Of a stretch of DNA of 64,000 nt, positions 46,733 to 59,706 are shown piece after piece (the first letter of the stretch is position 1; every line of letters starts with the position of its first letter). A program made the translations under genes and the position numbers. Under the pieces are notes generated by a model that worked only from the letters and a program-made list of their open reading frames with translations, did not search any database and was not told the DNA's origin. The stretch is taken from the NCBI GenBank assembly GCA_041664585.1, contig JBAYKL010000002.1, positions 88,328 to 152,327 on the forward strand, in the 5' to 3' direction. The DNA is from Minisyncoccota bacterium (GTDB lineage Bacteria > Patescibacteriota > Minisyncoccia > Phycocordibacterales > GWA1-40-21).

Positions 46733-48247
46733 CTATTTTGTGAGAATATCACCATCCATGCTCTTAGGGATTTTAACAGACATCATCTTAAGTATTGTTG
46801 GGGCCAAACCAGAAATACCACCGGACAATAATCTGAGTTTGTCTTCCGTAACAATTAAAGGGACTTTGTTTGAAGTATGGGCAGTATGTCTCTCTTTTGT
46901 TTTTGGATCGATATTTACTTCCGCGTTTCCGTGATCAGCAGTTATGAATAAGACATAACCTTTTTTATTTGCATTATCATACAGCCTACCGAGTTGTTCA
47001 TCTACCACCTCAATTGCTTTTATAATAGCTTTCTTATTTGCCGTATGCCCTATCATATCTGGGTTGGCATAATTTATAAAAATAAAATCTGTATCTTTAT
47101 TTATTTCTTCTATGGCTTTATCTGTAATTTCTACAGCTTTCATCTCTGGAGCCAAGTCATGAGTTTTAACATCCTTCCTACTATCGAGAAGAATGTGTTT
47201 CTCTCCTTTGTGAGGTTTGATTCTTCCTCCATTTAGAAAATATGTTGCATGAGCAAATTTTTCTGTTTCAGCAATATGAGCCTGTTTAAAATTAGCTTTT
47301 GATATTTCGTTTGCCAAGGTCGTTTCTATTTTAACTGGTTCAAAAGCAACTTCTGATTTTATCTTGTCATCGTATTTTGTCATAGTGACAAAAAAAAGAT
47401 TCAACTTTTTCTTTGTTTTCATTATCACTTCTGAAATCATTTTGGCCCTATCTGTTCTAAAATTAAAAAAGAAGACTCCATCGTTTTTGCCTATCATTCC
47501 TTCCCCACTTTCTACACCACCAAAAAATACTGGCAGAAACATTTCATCCGTTTTTCCTTCTTTATATAATTCTTTCACAACGAAAGCTGGATCATTTTGA
47601 GAAATTTCAGCCTTGCCATCAAAAATCATACTGGTAAATTTCTCTAACCTGTCCCAATTATTGTCCCTATCCATAGCATAATATCTGCCGCAAATAGAAA
47701 CTATTTTACCAACCCCTAAATCGTTAATAACTTTCTGAAGCCTCTTTATATATTTCTCAGCACTTTGTGGAGGTGTATCTCTTCCGTCGGTAATAACGTG
47801 TATATAGATTTTTTTTATTAAAGACTTTTTTGCAGTTCTTAAAAACTCAAAAAGATGTTCTTCGTGACTATGTATTCCGCCATCACTTAAAAGACCAACT
47901 ACATGCAAGGTGGATTTATTTCTTAGTACATGACCAAAAAGTTTTATAAAACTCTTGTTTTTCAAAAACCCATTTTTCTTTGCGTTGTCGCTTATTCTCA
48001 CCAAATCTGTATAAACAACCTTACCAGCACCAATTGTAGTGTGCCCAACTTCGCTATTCCCCATTTGCCCTTTTGGTAAACCCACAGAAAGACCGCTAGC
48101 ATCAAGAAGGGTGTGTGGATATTTTTTCCACAACATATCAAATGTTGGTTTGCTAGATTCAGCTATAGCATTATCTTCTTTTTGGGTGCGATGTCCCCAT
48201 CCATCTAAAATTACAAGAGCAACCTTTTTTATTTCTTTCACTTTCAT
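46733..48247 (-). CDS. gpmI: 2,3-BPG-independent phosphoglycerate mutase
   Basis: ILDGWG, QMGNSEVGH, DGRD, GRYYAMDRD, AETEK.AH, TADHGN. ATG 48247 lies just after the eno stop. Confidence 0.96.
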   Translation of the reverse strand: MKVKEIKKVALVILDGWGHRTQKEDNAIAESSKPTFDMLWKKYPHTLLDASGLSVGLPKGQMGNSEVGHTTIGAGKVVYTDLVRISDNAKKNGFLKNKSFIKLFGHVLRNKSTLHVVGLLSDGGIHSHEEHLFEFLRTAKKSLIKKIYIHVITDGRDTPPQSAEKYIKRLQKVINDLGVGKIVSICGRYYAMDRDNNWDRLEKFTSMIFDGKAEISQNDPAFVVKELYKEGKTDEMFLPVFFGGVESGEGMIGKNDGVFFFNFRTDRAKMISEVIMKTKKKLNLFFVTMTKYDDKIKSEVAFEPVKIETTLANEISKANFKQAHIAETEKFAHATYFLNGGRIKPHKGEKHILLDSRKDVKTHDLAPEMKAVEITDKAIEEINKDTDFIFINYANPDMIGHTANKKAIIKAIEVVDEQLGRLYDNANKKGYVLFITADHGNAEVNIDPKTKERHTAHTSNKVPLIVTEDKLRLLSGGISGLAPTILKMMSVKIPKSMDGDILTK

Positions 48248-48251
48248 TTTA

Positions 48252-49556
<1,305 letters not shown>

Positions 49557-49737
49557 TTATTGATAATAATTATAAATCGAGAATGTATTTTATCACATTA
49601 CTTTTTTAAAAAGCTATTAAAATACAGAGTAGACAATAATAATTAACCTGATGCAATTTATGTTACTGGGTACTCTTCTTAAAAGATCCTTTTGTTGTTA
49701 TAATACCGTTACGAAGGTTTTAATTTAAATAAATAAT

Positions 49738-49986
49738 ATGGACGAAGAGAGAAATAAAAAAATAGATGAGATAGAAACTACACTTAAGGATATCAAAAAG
49801 ATACTAGTAAGAACTAGGTGGGAAATGTTTGTAGAGGGTCTATGGAAAGCTGTCGGTTATTTCATCGGATTAACACTGGCAATAATAATAGCTGGGTGGG
49901 TGCTAAACATGATAGGAGTAATACCCTTTATGAGTGAGTTTTCAGAGAATATGAAAGACGTACTAAATGTAGCCAGAAATAAATAG
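49738..49986 (+). CDS. Small membrane protein (DUF5665-like)
   Basis: F..G....VG..IG.T....IP pattern. Confidence 0.55.
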   Translation: MDEERNKKIDEIETTLKDIKKILVRTRWEMFVEGLWKAVGYFIGLTLAIIIAGWVLNMIGVIPFMSEFSENMKDVLNVARNK

Positions 49987-49987
49987 A

Positions 49988-50338
49988 CTACTCTAGCTCA
50001 AATACAAAGATTCCATTCTCTTTAATTCTTTTTTCGTAATTAGGAAATGATAAATATATTTCTTTTATTTTTTCGTATGAAAAAATACCAGGAATTATTT
50101 CCTCCGGTTTGTATTTTTCAAAAAGACTCTCAAGACTTTTAAGCTGAAAAGCTTTTCCGACAGTTTTTAGAAAGTTTTCCTCACCACATGATAATTCAAT
50201 AACATCCCCACTTTTGATTTTAGAATATTCCGATTTACCAGCACGAGTTTCTATTTTTTTCTTTCCATCTTTAATAGAATTAAAGATGTCTTTATTTTTT
50301 TCTAAAAAAGAGAGGCTATAAACTGACCTATTTTCCAT
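49988..50338 (-). CDS. ASCH/PUA-like domain protein
   Basis: F..IKDGKK.IETR, I..GD.I, G..VFEL; ATG 50338 overlaps the end of secA. Confidence 0.8.
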   Translation of the reverse strand: MENRSVYSLSFLEKNKDIFNSIKDGKKKIETRAGKSEYSKIKSGDVIELSCGEENFLKTVGKAFQLKSLESLFEKYKPEEIIPGIFSYEKIKEIYLSFPNYEKRIKENGIFVFELE

Positions 50339-52793
50339 GACAATGTTTGTACTTCTTTCCACTTCCGCAAGGACAATGATCATTTCTACCCACCTTATCT
50401 CCAGAACCTTGTACTACAACATTATTATCAGACTTCCCCTCTGCACCCGCAACTTTCATGTGCTTCTGAGTTTCTTTTAATTTTTCTTCTTCTGCTTGGA
50501 ATGCACCAACCCCAATATGAGGCAACATTCTAAGTATTTCATCATTTATGGCGATCTGCATTTCTTTAAATAATCTCAAGCCGTCCTTCTTGTATTCTAC
50601 AAGGGGGTCTCTTTGACCATAGGCTCTCAAATTTACGCTTCCTCTCAAGTAGTCCATCATTTCCAAATGGTCAACCCAGAACATATCTATAGCTTGTAAC
50701 ATTATAATTCTAGCAATCCTATAGAATTCGGCTTCACCAAATTGTTTTATTTTATCTTCAATGACTTTCTTTGATTCATCGTCTGTAGCAATCTCAGCAA
50801 GTTTGTTTTTTACTACTTCTATTTCTCCCATAAGTGCAGCTCTTCTTCTTTCATAAACAATTTTTCTTTGGAAATTAAGAACATCATCATATTCAAGAAC
50901 ATGTTTTCTAGCATCAAAATTAAAACCTTCAATTTTTGTTTGAGCGCTTTCTAATGTTCTGGTGATGAGAGAATTTTCTATTGGCTCATCTTCTGGAATA
51001 CCAAATCTATTCATCATTCTTTTTACAACATCATTTGCAAATACTCTCATAAGAGTATCTTCAAGAGATACGAAGAATTGCGTTGTACCTGGATCTCCTT
51101 GTCTTCCAGCTCTACCTCTTAGCTGGTTGTCTATTCTTCTAGCTTCATGTCTTTCTGTACCAATAACAGCAAGCCCACCAAAAGTCTTTATTTTTTCATA
51201 TTCCTCTTGATTAAAAGGTACGCCACCGAGCTTAATGTCCACACCTCTACCAGCCATGTTTGTGGCAACAGTTACAGCCCCAAATTTACCGGCCTGAGCC
51301 ACGATTTCTCCTTCCTTCTCGTGGTTCTTAGCATTAAGTAAATTGTGTTGTATGCCTTCTCTCTTCAAATATTCTGAGAGAACTTCATTTTTTTCTATAG
51401 AAACTGTACCTATAAGAACAGGTTGACCTGTTTTATTTATTTCTTTTACTCTTTTTGCAAGGGCTTTGTACTTTCCATTTTCTGTTTGGAAAATTAAATC
51501 ATTAAAATCTTTTCTGGCCACCGGTTTGTTTGTCGGTACTGGTATTGTATCCATGTGATACACTTTGAAAAATTCTTCTGACGAAGTAATCGCAGTACCA
51601 GTCATACCTGCAAGCTTTTTATACATTCTAAAATAATTTTGGAATGTAATAGAAGCAAAAGTTCTAGATTCTTTTTGCACAGCGACACCTTCTTTAGACT
51701 CTATCGCCTGATGTAAACCTTCAGACCATCTTCTACCAGGTTGCATTCTTCCAGTACTTTCATCCACGATAATTACCTCCCCTTCTTTAACAACGTAATC
51801 TTTATTTATTTCAAAAAGTGCCTTTGCTCTTACAGCGGTTTCTAAATGATGCACGTATTTTATACCTCCATCTGTATAGATGTTTTCTACCCCCAGTGCC
51901 TTTTCAGCCTTATTTATACCCGCATCAGTAAGTTGTATGGCTTTATGCTTCTCTTCTACTGTATAATCTACGTCTTTTACGAAATCTCTGACAATCTTAG
52001 AAAAAACACCGTAAAGATTTTCTGAATCTGCCGTAGGTGCAGAGATAATAAGAGGAGTTCTTGCTTCATCTATAAGAATAGAGTCTACTTCGTCTACGAT
52101 AGCGAAATTATATTCTTTTTGTCTTAAATCACTTGAAGCATATTCGATATTGTCTCTCAAATAATCAAAACCAAATTCGTTGTTTGTACCATAAGTGATA
52201 TCTGAAGCATAAGCTTCTTTTCTTGAACATGGTCTTAGAAATTCATAAATGACTTTAAATGAACCAAGCTCATCTCTTTTTTCATCAGAATCTTTATGAT
52301 TAGGATCGTACATAAAAGATGACTCGTGATTTATAACGGAAACAGAAAGTCCAAGGAAAGAATATATTTGTCCCATCCACACAGCATCTCTTCTTGAAAG
52401 ATAATCGTTTACGGTAACAACGTGTGCTCCGTGTCCTGATATCGCATTTAAATATACTGGAAGTGTTGCAACTAAAGTCTTACCTTCACCGGTTTTCATC
52501 TCAGCAATATTTCCACGATGTAAAATAATTCCCCCTATAAGCTGAACATCAAAATGTCTTTGATTTAAGGTTCTCACTGCAGCCTCTCTTACACAAGCAA
52601 AGGCTTCTGGTAAGATATCTTCCAGGCTTTCGCCCTTTTCTACTCTAGCCCTAAATTCAGCTGTCTTAGCCTTAATCTCATCATTTGAAAGCTTTTTAAG
52701 AGATTCCTCAAAGGAATTGATCTTTTTGACCACAGGATCAAGGGTTTTTATATATTTTGTATATCTATCCCCGAATAATTTTGTTAAAAACAT
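50328..52793 (-). CDS. secA: Preprotein translocase SecA
   Basis: MKTGEGKT, VTVNDYL, DEVDSILIDEA, ATNMAGRG, QLRGRAGRQG, SEC-C CPCGSGKKYKHCH. Confidence 0.98.
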   Translation of the reverse strand: MFLTKLFGDRYTKYIKTLDPVVKKINSFEESLKKLSNDEIKAKTAEFRARVEKGESLEDILPEAFACVREAAVRTLNQRHFDVQLIGGIILHRGNIAEMKTGEGKTLVATLPVYLNAISGHGAHVVTVNDYLSRRDAVWMGQIYSFLGLSVSVINHESSFMYDPNHKDSDEKRDELGSFKVIYEFLRPCSRKEAYASDITYGTNNEFGFDYLRDNIEYASSDLRQKEYNFAIVDEVDSILIDEARTPLIISAPTADSENLYGVFSKIVRDFVKDVDYTVEEKHKAIQLTDAGINKAEKALGVENIYTDGGIKYVHHLETAVRAKALFEINKDYVVKEGEVIIVDESTGRMQPGRRWSEGLHQAIESKEGVAVQKESRTFASITFQNYFRMYKKLAGMTGTAITSSEEFFKVYHMDTIPVPTNKPVARKDFNDLIFQTENGKYKALAKRVKEINKTGQPVLIGTVSIEKNEVLSEYLKREGIQHNLLNAKNHEKEGEIVAQAGKFGAVTVATNMAGRGVDIKLGGVPFNQEEYEKIKTFGGLAVIGTERHEARRIDNQLRGRAGRQGDPGTTQFFVSLEDTLMRVFANDVVKRMMNRFGIPEDEPIENSLITRTLESAQTKIEGFNFDARKHVLEYDDVLNFQRKIVYERRRAALMGEIEVVKNKLAEIATDDESKKVIEDKIKQFGEAEFYRIARIIMLQAIDMFWVDHLEMMDYLRGSVNLRAYGQRDPLVEYKKDGLRLFKEMQIAINDEILRMLPHIGVGAFQAEEEKLKETQKHMKVAGAEGKSDNNVVVQGSGDKVGRNDHCPCGSGKKYKHCHGK

Positions 52794-52810
52794 AAGGGTA
52801 ATAATACCAT

Positions 52811-52852
52811 AAAAAAGAAAATCACCAATCTGTCTTTCGACAAATTGGTGAT
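52811..52852 (-). terminator. Terminator of the Lys-rich microprotein gene
   Basis: Minus strand ATCACCAATTTGTC-GAAA-GACAGATTGGTGAT followed by TTTCTTTTTT. Confidence 0.75.
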
Positions 52853-52875
52853 CTCTGAAAAGCTTTTCAGAAAGA

Positions 52876-52992
52876 CTATTTCTTTCCCTTCTTTGCTTTC
52901 TTGACGGCTTTCTTTACTGTTTTCTTAACAGCTTTTTTTATCTTCTTTGCTTTCTTTGTTACTTTCTTTATTGCTTTCTTTTTTGCGGCCAT
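52876..52992 (-). CDS. 38-aa lysine/alanine-rich histone H1-like microprotein
   Basis: Manual translation MAAKKKAIKKVTKKAKKIKKAVKKTVKKAVKKAKKGKK*; own promoter and terminator; below the ORF-track length cutoff. Confidence 0.75.
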   Translation of the reverse strand: MAAKKKAIKKVTKKAKKIKKAVKKTVKKAVKKAKKGKK

Positions 52993-53179
52993 TTTATTTT
53001 TTATTTTCTAACTGCGAATTTTTTTGAGTAAGTTAGAAAAAATATTTAATTCTATTAATTAGCAGGTTATCGACACTGGTAAAAATTACCAAACCTCACT
53101 GCTACATATAATTTTACATCTAATAAAAAAAAATACAATACTTTTTTCACTGTTGATAACTTTTTTTCTAAAAAAATAT

Positions 53180-54184
53180 TTAAAAAATAATTTCTTCCAC
53201 CTCTCTTTCTATTTTTATTCCAATTTTTTCAAAAACTTTTTCTTCAATTACTTTTACAAATGATTTTATTTCAGAACTCTTTGCATTTTTAAAATTTATT
53301 ACAGTTAAAGAATGTTTTTTATACAAACCAACATCTCCTATTTTAAATTCTTTCAAATCACAAATCTTTTCTATAACATACCCCAAAGAAATTTTTACAA
53401 AACCCTCTTCCGCTTTAAATTTCGGTATATCTTTATACACCTTAGATATCTCTAAATACTTATCCTCTGTAATAATAGGGTTTTTAAAGAAACACCCAGC
53501 AGTACCAAGCTTTTTCCAGTCTGGAAGCCTTTCTTTACGTATATTTAATATACCTTCTCTTATGTCCTTAGCCGATGTATTTTTTATATCTTTCAACCCT
53601 GTATATTCTAAATTCGGTATAAAGTTTTTATTCAATTTTAAATATACTTTTGTAATAATCAGATTCTTATTTTTCTTAAAAATACTCTGACGATATAGAA
53701 AATTACACTTTTCCTTTGGTATAAGAAATATTTCTTGTGTATTTGTGTCATATACTTCTACAGAAATTACTATGTCTTTCGCTTCTACTCCATAAGCACC
53801 GGCATTTTGAAAAACGGCACCACCAATAGTTCCAGGAATTCCAGAAAGATTTTCCGATAAAGAAAAATTATTCTCTACGATAAAATTAATAGCATCATCT
53901 AAAATTTCTCCTGACCCAAAAGAAAAAATTATACTCTCATTATTTTCTGATTCTTTTTTTATACCTAAAATATTATTTTTTATTATAAGTCCGTTGAATC
54001 CAAGATCATCAAAAAGAATATTCGATCCGCCACCGAGGATCATAAACTTCAAATTGTTTCTCTGTGCAAAATCAATAGATTCTTTTAAATCTTCTACTGA
54101 TGAAATATCACAAAAAAACCGAGCGTCTCCGCCGGCTCTAAATGTAGAATAATCAGATAACTTTATCTTCTCTTTAATTTCCAT
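53180..54184 (-). CDS. murB: UDP-N-acetylenolpyruvoylglucosamine reductase
   Basis: GGGSNIL, GIPGTIGGA.FQNAGAYG, F.YRQS.FK, GTAGCFFKNP, EREV. Confidence 0.94.
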   Translation of the reverse strand: MEIKEKIKLSDYSTFRAGGDARFFCDISSVEDLKESIDFAQRNNLKFMILGGGSNILFDDLGFNGLIIKNNILGIKKESENNESIIFSFGSGEILDDAINFIVENNFSLSENLSGIPGTIGGAVFQNAGAYGVEAKDIVISVEVYDTNTQEIFLIPKEKCNFLYRQSIFKKNKNLIITKVYLKLNKNFIPNLEYTGLKDIKNTSAKDIREGILNIRKERLPDWKKLGTAGCFFKNPIITEDKYLEISKVYKDIPKFKAEEGFVKISLGYVIEKICDLKEFKIGDVGLYKKHSLTVINFKNAKSSEIKSFVKVIEEKVFEKIGIKIEREVEEIIF

Positions 54185-54189
54185 AACAA

Positions 54190-54281
54190 AATTTATTCTT
54201 CCTAATCATAGCCGGCGGGGGCGAACTCCAAAACAAATGTCTTACATGAGTGCAACCGCCGGCTGTGACTAAGAACAATCC
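54190..54281 (-). ncRNA. Candidate structured RNA or murB leader (RNA2), long hairpin
   Basis: TGCTAAAAT extended -10 at 54288-54296; stem UUGUUCUU-AGUCACAGCCGGCGG / CCGCCGGCUAUGAUU..AAGAAUAA; ends about 6 nt before the murB ATG. Confidence 0.55.
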
Positions 54282-54334
54282 TCTATTATTTTAGCATAGT
54301 AAATATATAAACCACAATAGTACAAAATGCCCCA

Positions 54335-54410
54335 TAAAACACAAAGCCCCACCGAAGCGGGGCAATGTGCAGACATTTGTTCGAGCTAGCCATTAACTAG
54401 CACTCACACT
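54335..54410 (-). ncRNA. Candidate small RNA (RNA1), about 75 nt
   Basis: TTGCTT-16-TATAAT with TG extension (54415-54442); hairpin GCUAGUU-AAU-GGCUAGC; UUCG-capped terminator GCCCCGC-UUCG-GUGGGGC..UUUU; no plausible ORF. Confidence 0.6.
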
Positions 54411-54447
54411 GGGTATTATAGCATGTTTGAAGGAAAAAGCAAGCTTT

Positions 54448-56580
54448 TTACTTAATAGTTCCTGCCCAAATTCCATCTATCACCTCTTTACCCTGTGCTT
54501 CAAATTCTGGGGCTATTTTCATAGCTTTTTGTACCTCTGCAACCGCAAAGCTTTTGCTATTCACCTTCAAAAAATCAGCGGCGTTTAATAAATAAGCCCT
54601 TATAACCCTTTCGTTGGTGGTAGTTCCTCCCAAGAGCTCCTTCGCTTTCTTCTCTTCGCCATTTCTAATTAACGCAGCCACGTAGTTCATCTTGCCTTCT
54701 TCATAAACTGGAACTAAATCATACGCTCTTTTTGCAATCCCAAGTGCTTCTGTTTTCTGTCCTAGACTAGATAGGCAGTTTGTAAGTTCGATAAGCATTG
54801 ATATTTTTTTAGGAGAAAGCTCAACGGCTTTTTCTAAATAAGGTAAAGCCAACTCAAACTGCTGCATGTTACTTAAGAATCCGCCAACAAAGAATTGATA
54901 CCTCGCGTTGTCTGGTGTTTCATTTATTTGTTTTTCTGCCTGAATTGAAGCTAGATTTATAAAATCTTGTTTAGTCTCCATATCCACACCATCAAGAGAA
55001 ACGACTCTTGGAGTAATATTCAAAAGTTGTTCCAATATTTCGGAATTCGCCATTGAGTTATACGAGATAGCTTTTTGGAAATATTCTAGATTTTTATTAA
55101 CCCCACCACTTTGCTGACCCATTGCCTTTATTAAATTCAAATTTGCAGCTATTGGTTTACAGTTAAAATACCAAACAGACATACCAAGAGTAACTAATAA
55201 AATAGGTAGAACAACATAGTTTGCTAAATCATTACTTATTCCCATTCTCTCTCCTTCTTTTAGTTTTTGAGGAATTTCAATTTCTTCTGTGTCACTTGCA
55301 TGCAAATAAGCAAGTACTATAAAGAATAAAATATAACTAGAAAGATTATCGAATACAAAAAGATTCTGGAAAAAATATCCGGCAAGCACACCGACAAGAA
55401 GAGCTGAATCTATAATACCTAGTTTATTTCTTCTTTTCCAAATAAGCCAAAGCGCTGCTACAAAAATCCCAAGATATGATACAAGACCAAGCGTTCCACC
55501 GGCTATCAAAATATCTAAAGGTGTATTGTGTGCCCTATCAAACCACTGCTCCTGATCATACATTCTTTCATCATAGTATTTATTAAACACATAATTAAAA
55601 CCTTCTTGTCCCCAACCCAAAATAGGTTTCTCTTTAGCTCCTTGAATAGCCATACTCCATACATATTGTCTTGCCACTCCTTGTCCAGCTCTTATGTCCT
55701 TCCAAGAAAGAGAAGCAAATCTGCTAAGCGTTTTGTTTTCTTTTGCAAATTGAGTATCTCTGATGGCAAAAAATCCTCCTATCAAAATCACAATAGTGAC
55801 AAGACCACCTATAGCGACATTTCTCATTAGCTTATTTTTCTTTTCAAAGATTGCAATAATTACAGAAGAAACGATTAAACCACCAATAAGCCCGAGGATT
55901 ACTCCCCTAGTAGATGTCATCCAAATACCCCAAACACAAAGTGCGGCCAAAATCGAATAGATATAAGTTAGAGAATTTTTAAAAATCCTCTTAACCTGTC
56001 TTGATCCCTCTGATTTTATAATTACATCTTTGTAGAGCAAAATTAAAGCAAAGAAAAAGTTAAAGAGAAAATAAATAGCAACATATATTGGATTACCGAG
56101 GGATACAGAAGATCTATCTGGATGGCTTTTTATCCACTCCTGATATACTAAGGTTGCCATAGCAACGCTTGATACGACAGATGAACGGAAGAACCAAAGC
56201 CAAATCTTTTCAGTCTTCATTACAGATCCTGCAACAACCAAGAACATTAATAGGTGTATAAGTGTGATCCAACCATCCATTCTTTCAAAGTTGCTCCAAA
56301 AAGCTTTCGCTGGATCAATAGAGAAAATATTGGCCACAGCCATTATCAAAACAAACAATGCTACAGACACGGCCACCCAAGAAAATTTGGGTCTGTATTT
56401 TTTGTCTATAAAAGCAAGATATGCCCAAACAGCAAAAATAATTTCGACAATTATTCTAAATGCAAAGTTTTTACCCGATATATAAGGGAAGAACATACTA
56501 TTAGCAACATAGAACGGTATTAATAGAAGCGCCCATATTCCTACAAAAATCTTCCACCTAGCTATATTTTTTATATCCAT
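54448..56580 (-). CDS. O-antigen ligase/oligosaccharyltransferase (Wzy_C) family protein with C-terminal TPRs
   Basis: Multi-TM; GNP.Y, TSTRG, R..VW..A....P..GWG, DRAHN; TPR-like helices at the C-terminus. Confidence 0.85.
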   Translation of the reverse strand: MDIKNIARWKIFVGIWALLLIPFYVANSMFFPYISGKNFAFRIIVEIIFAVWAYLAFIDKKYRPKFSWVAVSVALFVLIMAVANIFSIDPAKAFWSNFERMDGWITLIHLLMFLVVAGSVMKTEKIWLWFFRSSVVSSVAMATLVYQEWIKSHPDRSSVSLGNPIYVAIYFLFNFFFALILLYKDVIIKSEGSRQVKRIFKNSLTYIYSILAALCVWGIWMTSTRGVILGLIGGLIVSSVIIAIFEKKNKLMRNVAIGGLVTIVILIGGFFAIRDTQFAKENKTLSRFASLSWKDIRAGQGVARQYVWSMAIQGAKEKPILGWGQEGFNYVFNKYYDERMYDQEQWFDRAHNTPLDILIAGGTLGLVSYLGIFVAALWLIWKRRNKLGIIDSALLVGVLAGYFFQNLFVFDNLSSYILFFIVLAYLHASDTEEIEIPQKLKEGERMGISNDLANYVVLPILLVTLGMSVWYFNCKPIAANLNLIKAMGQQSGGVNKNLEYFQKAISYNSMANSEILEQLLNITPRVVSLDGVDMETKQDFINLASIQAEKQINETPDNARYQFFVGGFLSNMQQFELALPYLEKAVELSPKKISMLIELTNCLSSLGQKTEALGIAKRAYDLVPVYEEGKMNYVAALIRNGEEKKAKELLGGTTTNERVIRAYLLNAADFLKVNSKSFAVAEVQKAMKIAPEFEAQGKEVIDGIWAGTIK

Positions 56581-56657
56581 AATGTTGAATATTATATCAC
56601 ACAGTTTATTTTTATATATCTGGTTTTTTATATAAATAAATAGTACAATTCATACCT

Positions 56658-58614
<1,957 letters not shown>

Positions 58615-58662
58615 ATTATGCAAAAGCTTTCTGTAAATTAGTATGTTAAAATTTAACAAAAT

Positions 58663-59706
58663 ATGAATAATAAAATTATCCTAGTTACTGGTGGTACTGG
58701 CTATATTGGTTCACATACCGTAGTTGAATTACAAAAAAAAGGATACGACGTAATTATTGTTGATAATTTATCAACTTCTCGTCGTGGGGTTATTAAAGCC
58801 ATCCAAAAAATAACAGGAATTACCCCTCAATTTGAAAAGGTTGATTTGTGTGATTATAAAAAAACTGAAGTTTTTTTTAAAAAACATAAAAATATTTCTG
58901 CAATAATTCACTTTGCCGCCTTTAAGTCCGTAGGTGAATCAGTAGAAAAACCTCTAAAATATTACAATAATAATTTAATTTCACTAATAAACATATTAAA
59001 TTGTGCTGAAAAATTTAATATAAAAAGACTTGTTTTTTCTTCTTCATGTACAGTCTATGGGCAACCTGATAAATTGCCAATATCAGAAGGTTCTCCAACA
59101 AAAACAGCACTCTCAACATATGGAAGGACGAAGCAAGTGTGTGAAGAGATAATAAATTCTGTTTCGCAGAAAAATAACATCAAGTCAATTTCTTTACGTT
59201 ATTTTAACGCAGCTGGAGCTCACGAAAGTTCCCTTATAGGCGAAGATTTTATTGGGACCCCAAGTTATTTAATTCCTTTCATCACACAAACCGCAATTGG
59301 TAAGAGAAAATATTTAAGCGTCTTTGGTAACGACTACGATACTCCTGATGGTACATGTATCCGTGATTATATTCATGTAACGGATTTAGCCAAAGCGCAT
59401 ATCGCCGCTATTGAACGCCTTTTAATCAAAAACGATACTAAAAATTATGAAGTATTCAATATAGGAACAGGTACCGGTTATTCAGTTTTAGAAATTATCA
59501 ATACCTTTGAAAAAGTTTCTGGACAAAAACTAAATTATAAAATAGTTAAGAGACGCCCTGGAGATGTAGAAAAAATTTGGGCAAGTACCAAATACGCAAA
59601 CAAAGAACTCAAATGGAAAGCTGAAAAAAAACTAGATGATATAATCTCGTCAGCTTGGAAATGGGAGAAAAAAATAAACAAAAAAAAGGAAATAGAACAT
59701 GAATAA
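58663..59706 (+). CDS. galE: UDP-glucose 4-epimerase
   Basis: TGGTGYIGSHT, HFAA.K.VGES, LRYFN, DGT.IRDYIHV.DL, RR.GD. Confidence 0.95.
   Translation: MNNKIILVTGGTGYIGSHTVVELQKKGYDVIIVDNLSTSRRGVIKAIQKITGITPQFEKVDLCDYKKTEVFFKKHKNISAIIHFAAFKSVGESVEKPLKYYNNNLISLINILNCAEKFNIKRLVFSSSCTVYGQPDKLPISEGSPTKTALSTYGRTKQVCEEIINSVSQKNNIKSISLRYFNAAGAHESSLIGEDFIGTPSYLIPFITQTAIGKRKYLSVFGNDYDTPDGTCIRDYIHVTDLAKAHIAAIERLLIKNDTKNYEVFNIGTGTGYSVLEIINTFEKVSGQKLNYKIVKRRPGDVEKIWASTKYANKELKWKAEKKLDDIISSAWKWEKKINKKKEIEHE

Noticed and set aside
53151-53160. DnaA-box-like TGTTGATAA / possible oriC
   Set aside because: Single site with one mismatch, no cluster, and no dnaA or dnaN nearby.
54217-54230. GGGGGCGAA resembling a tmRNA 5' end
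   Set aside because: No D-loop-like GAUUCGAC, T-arm, CCA end or tag ORF; promoter evidence favours the opposite strand.
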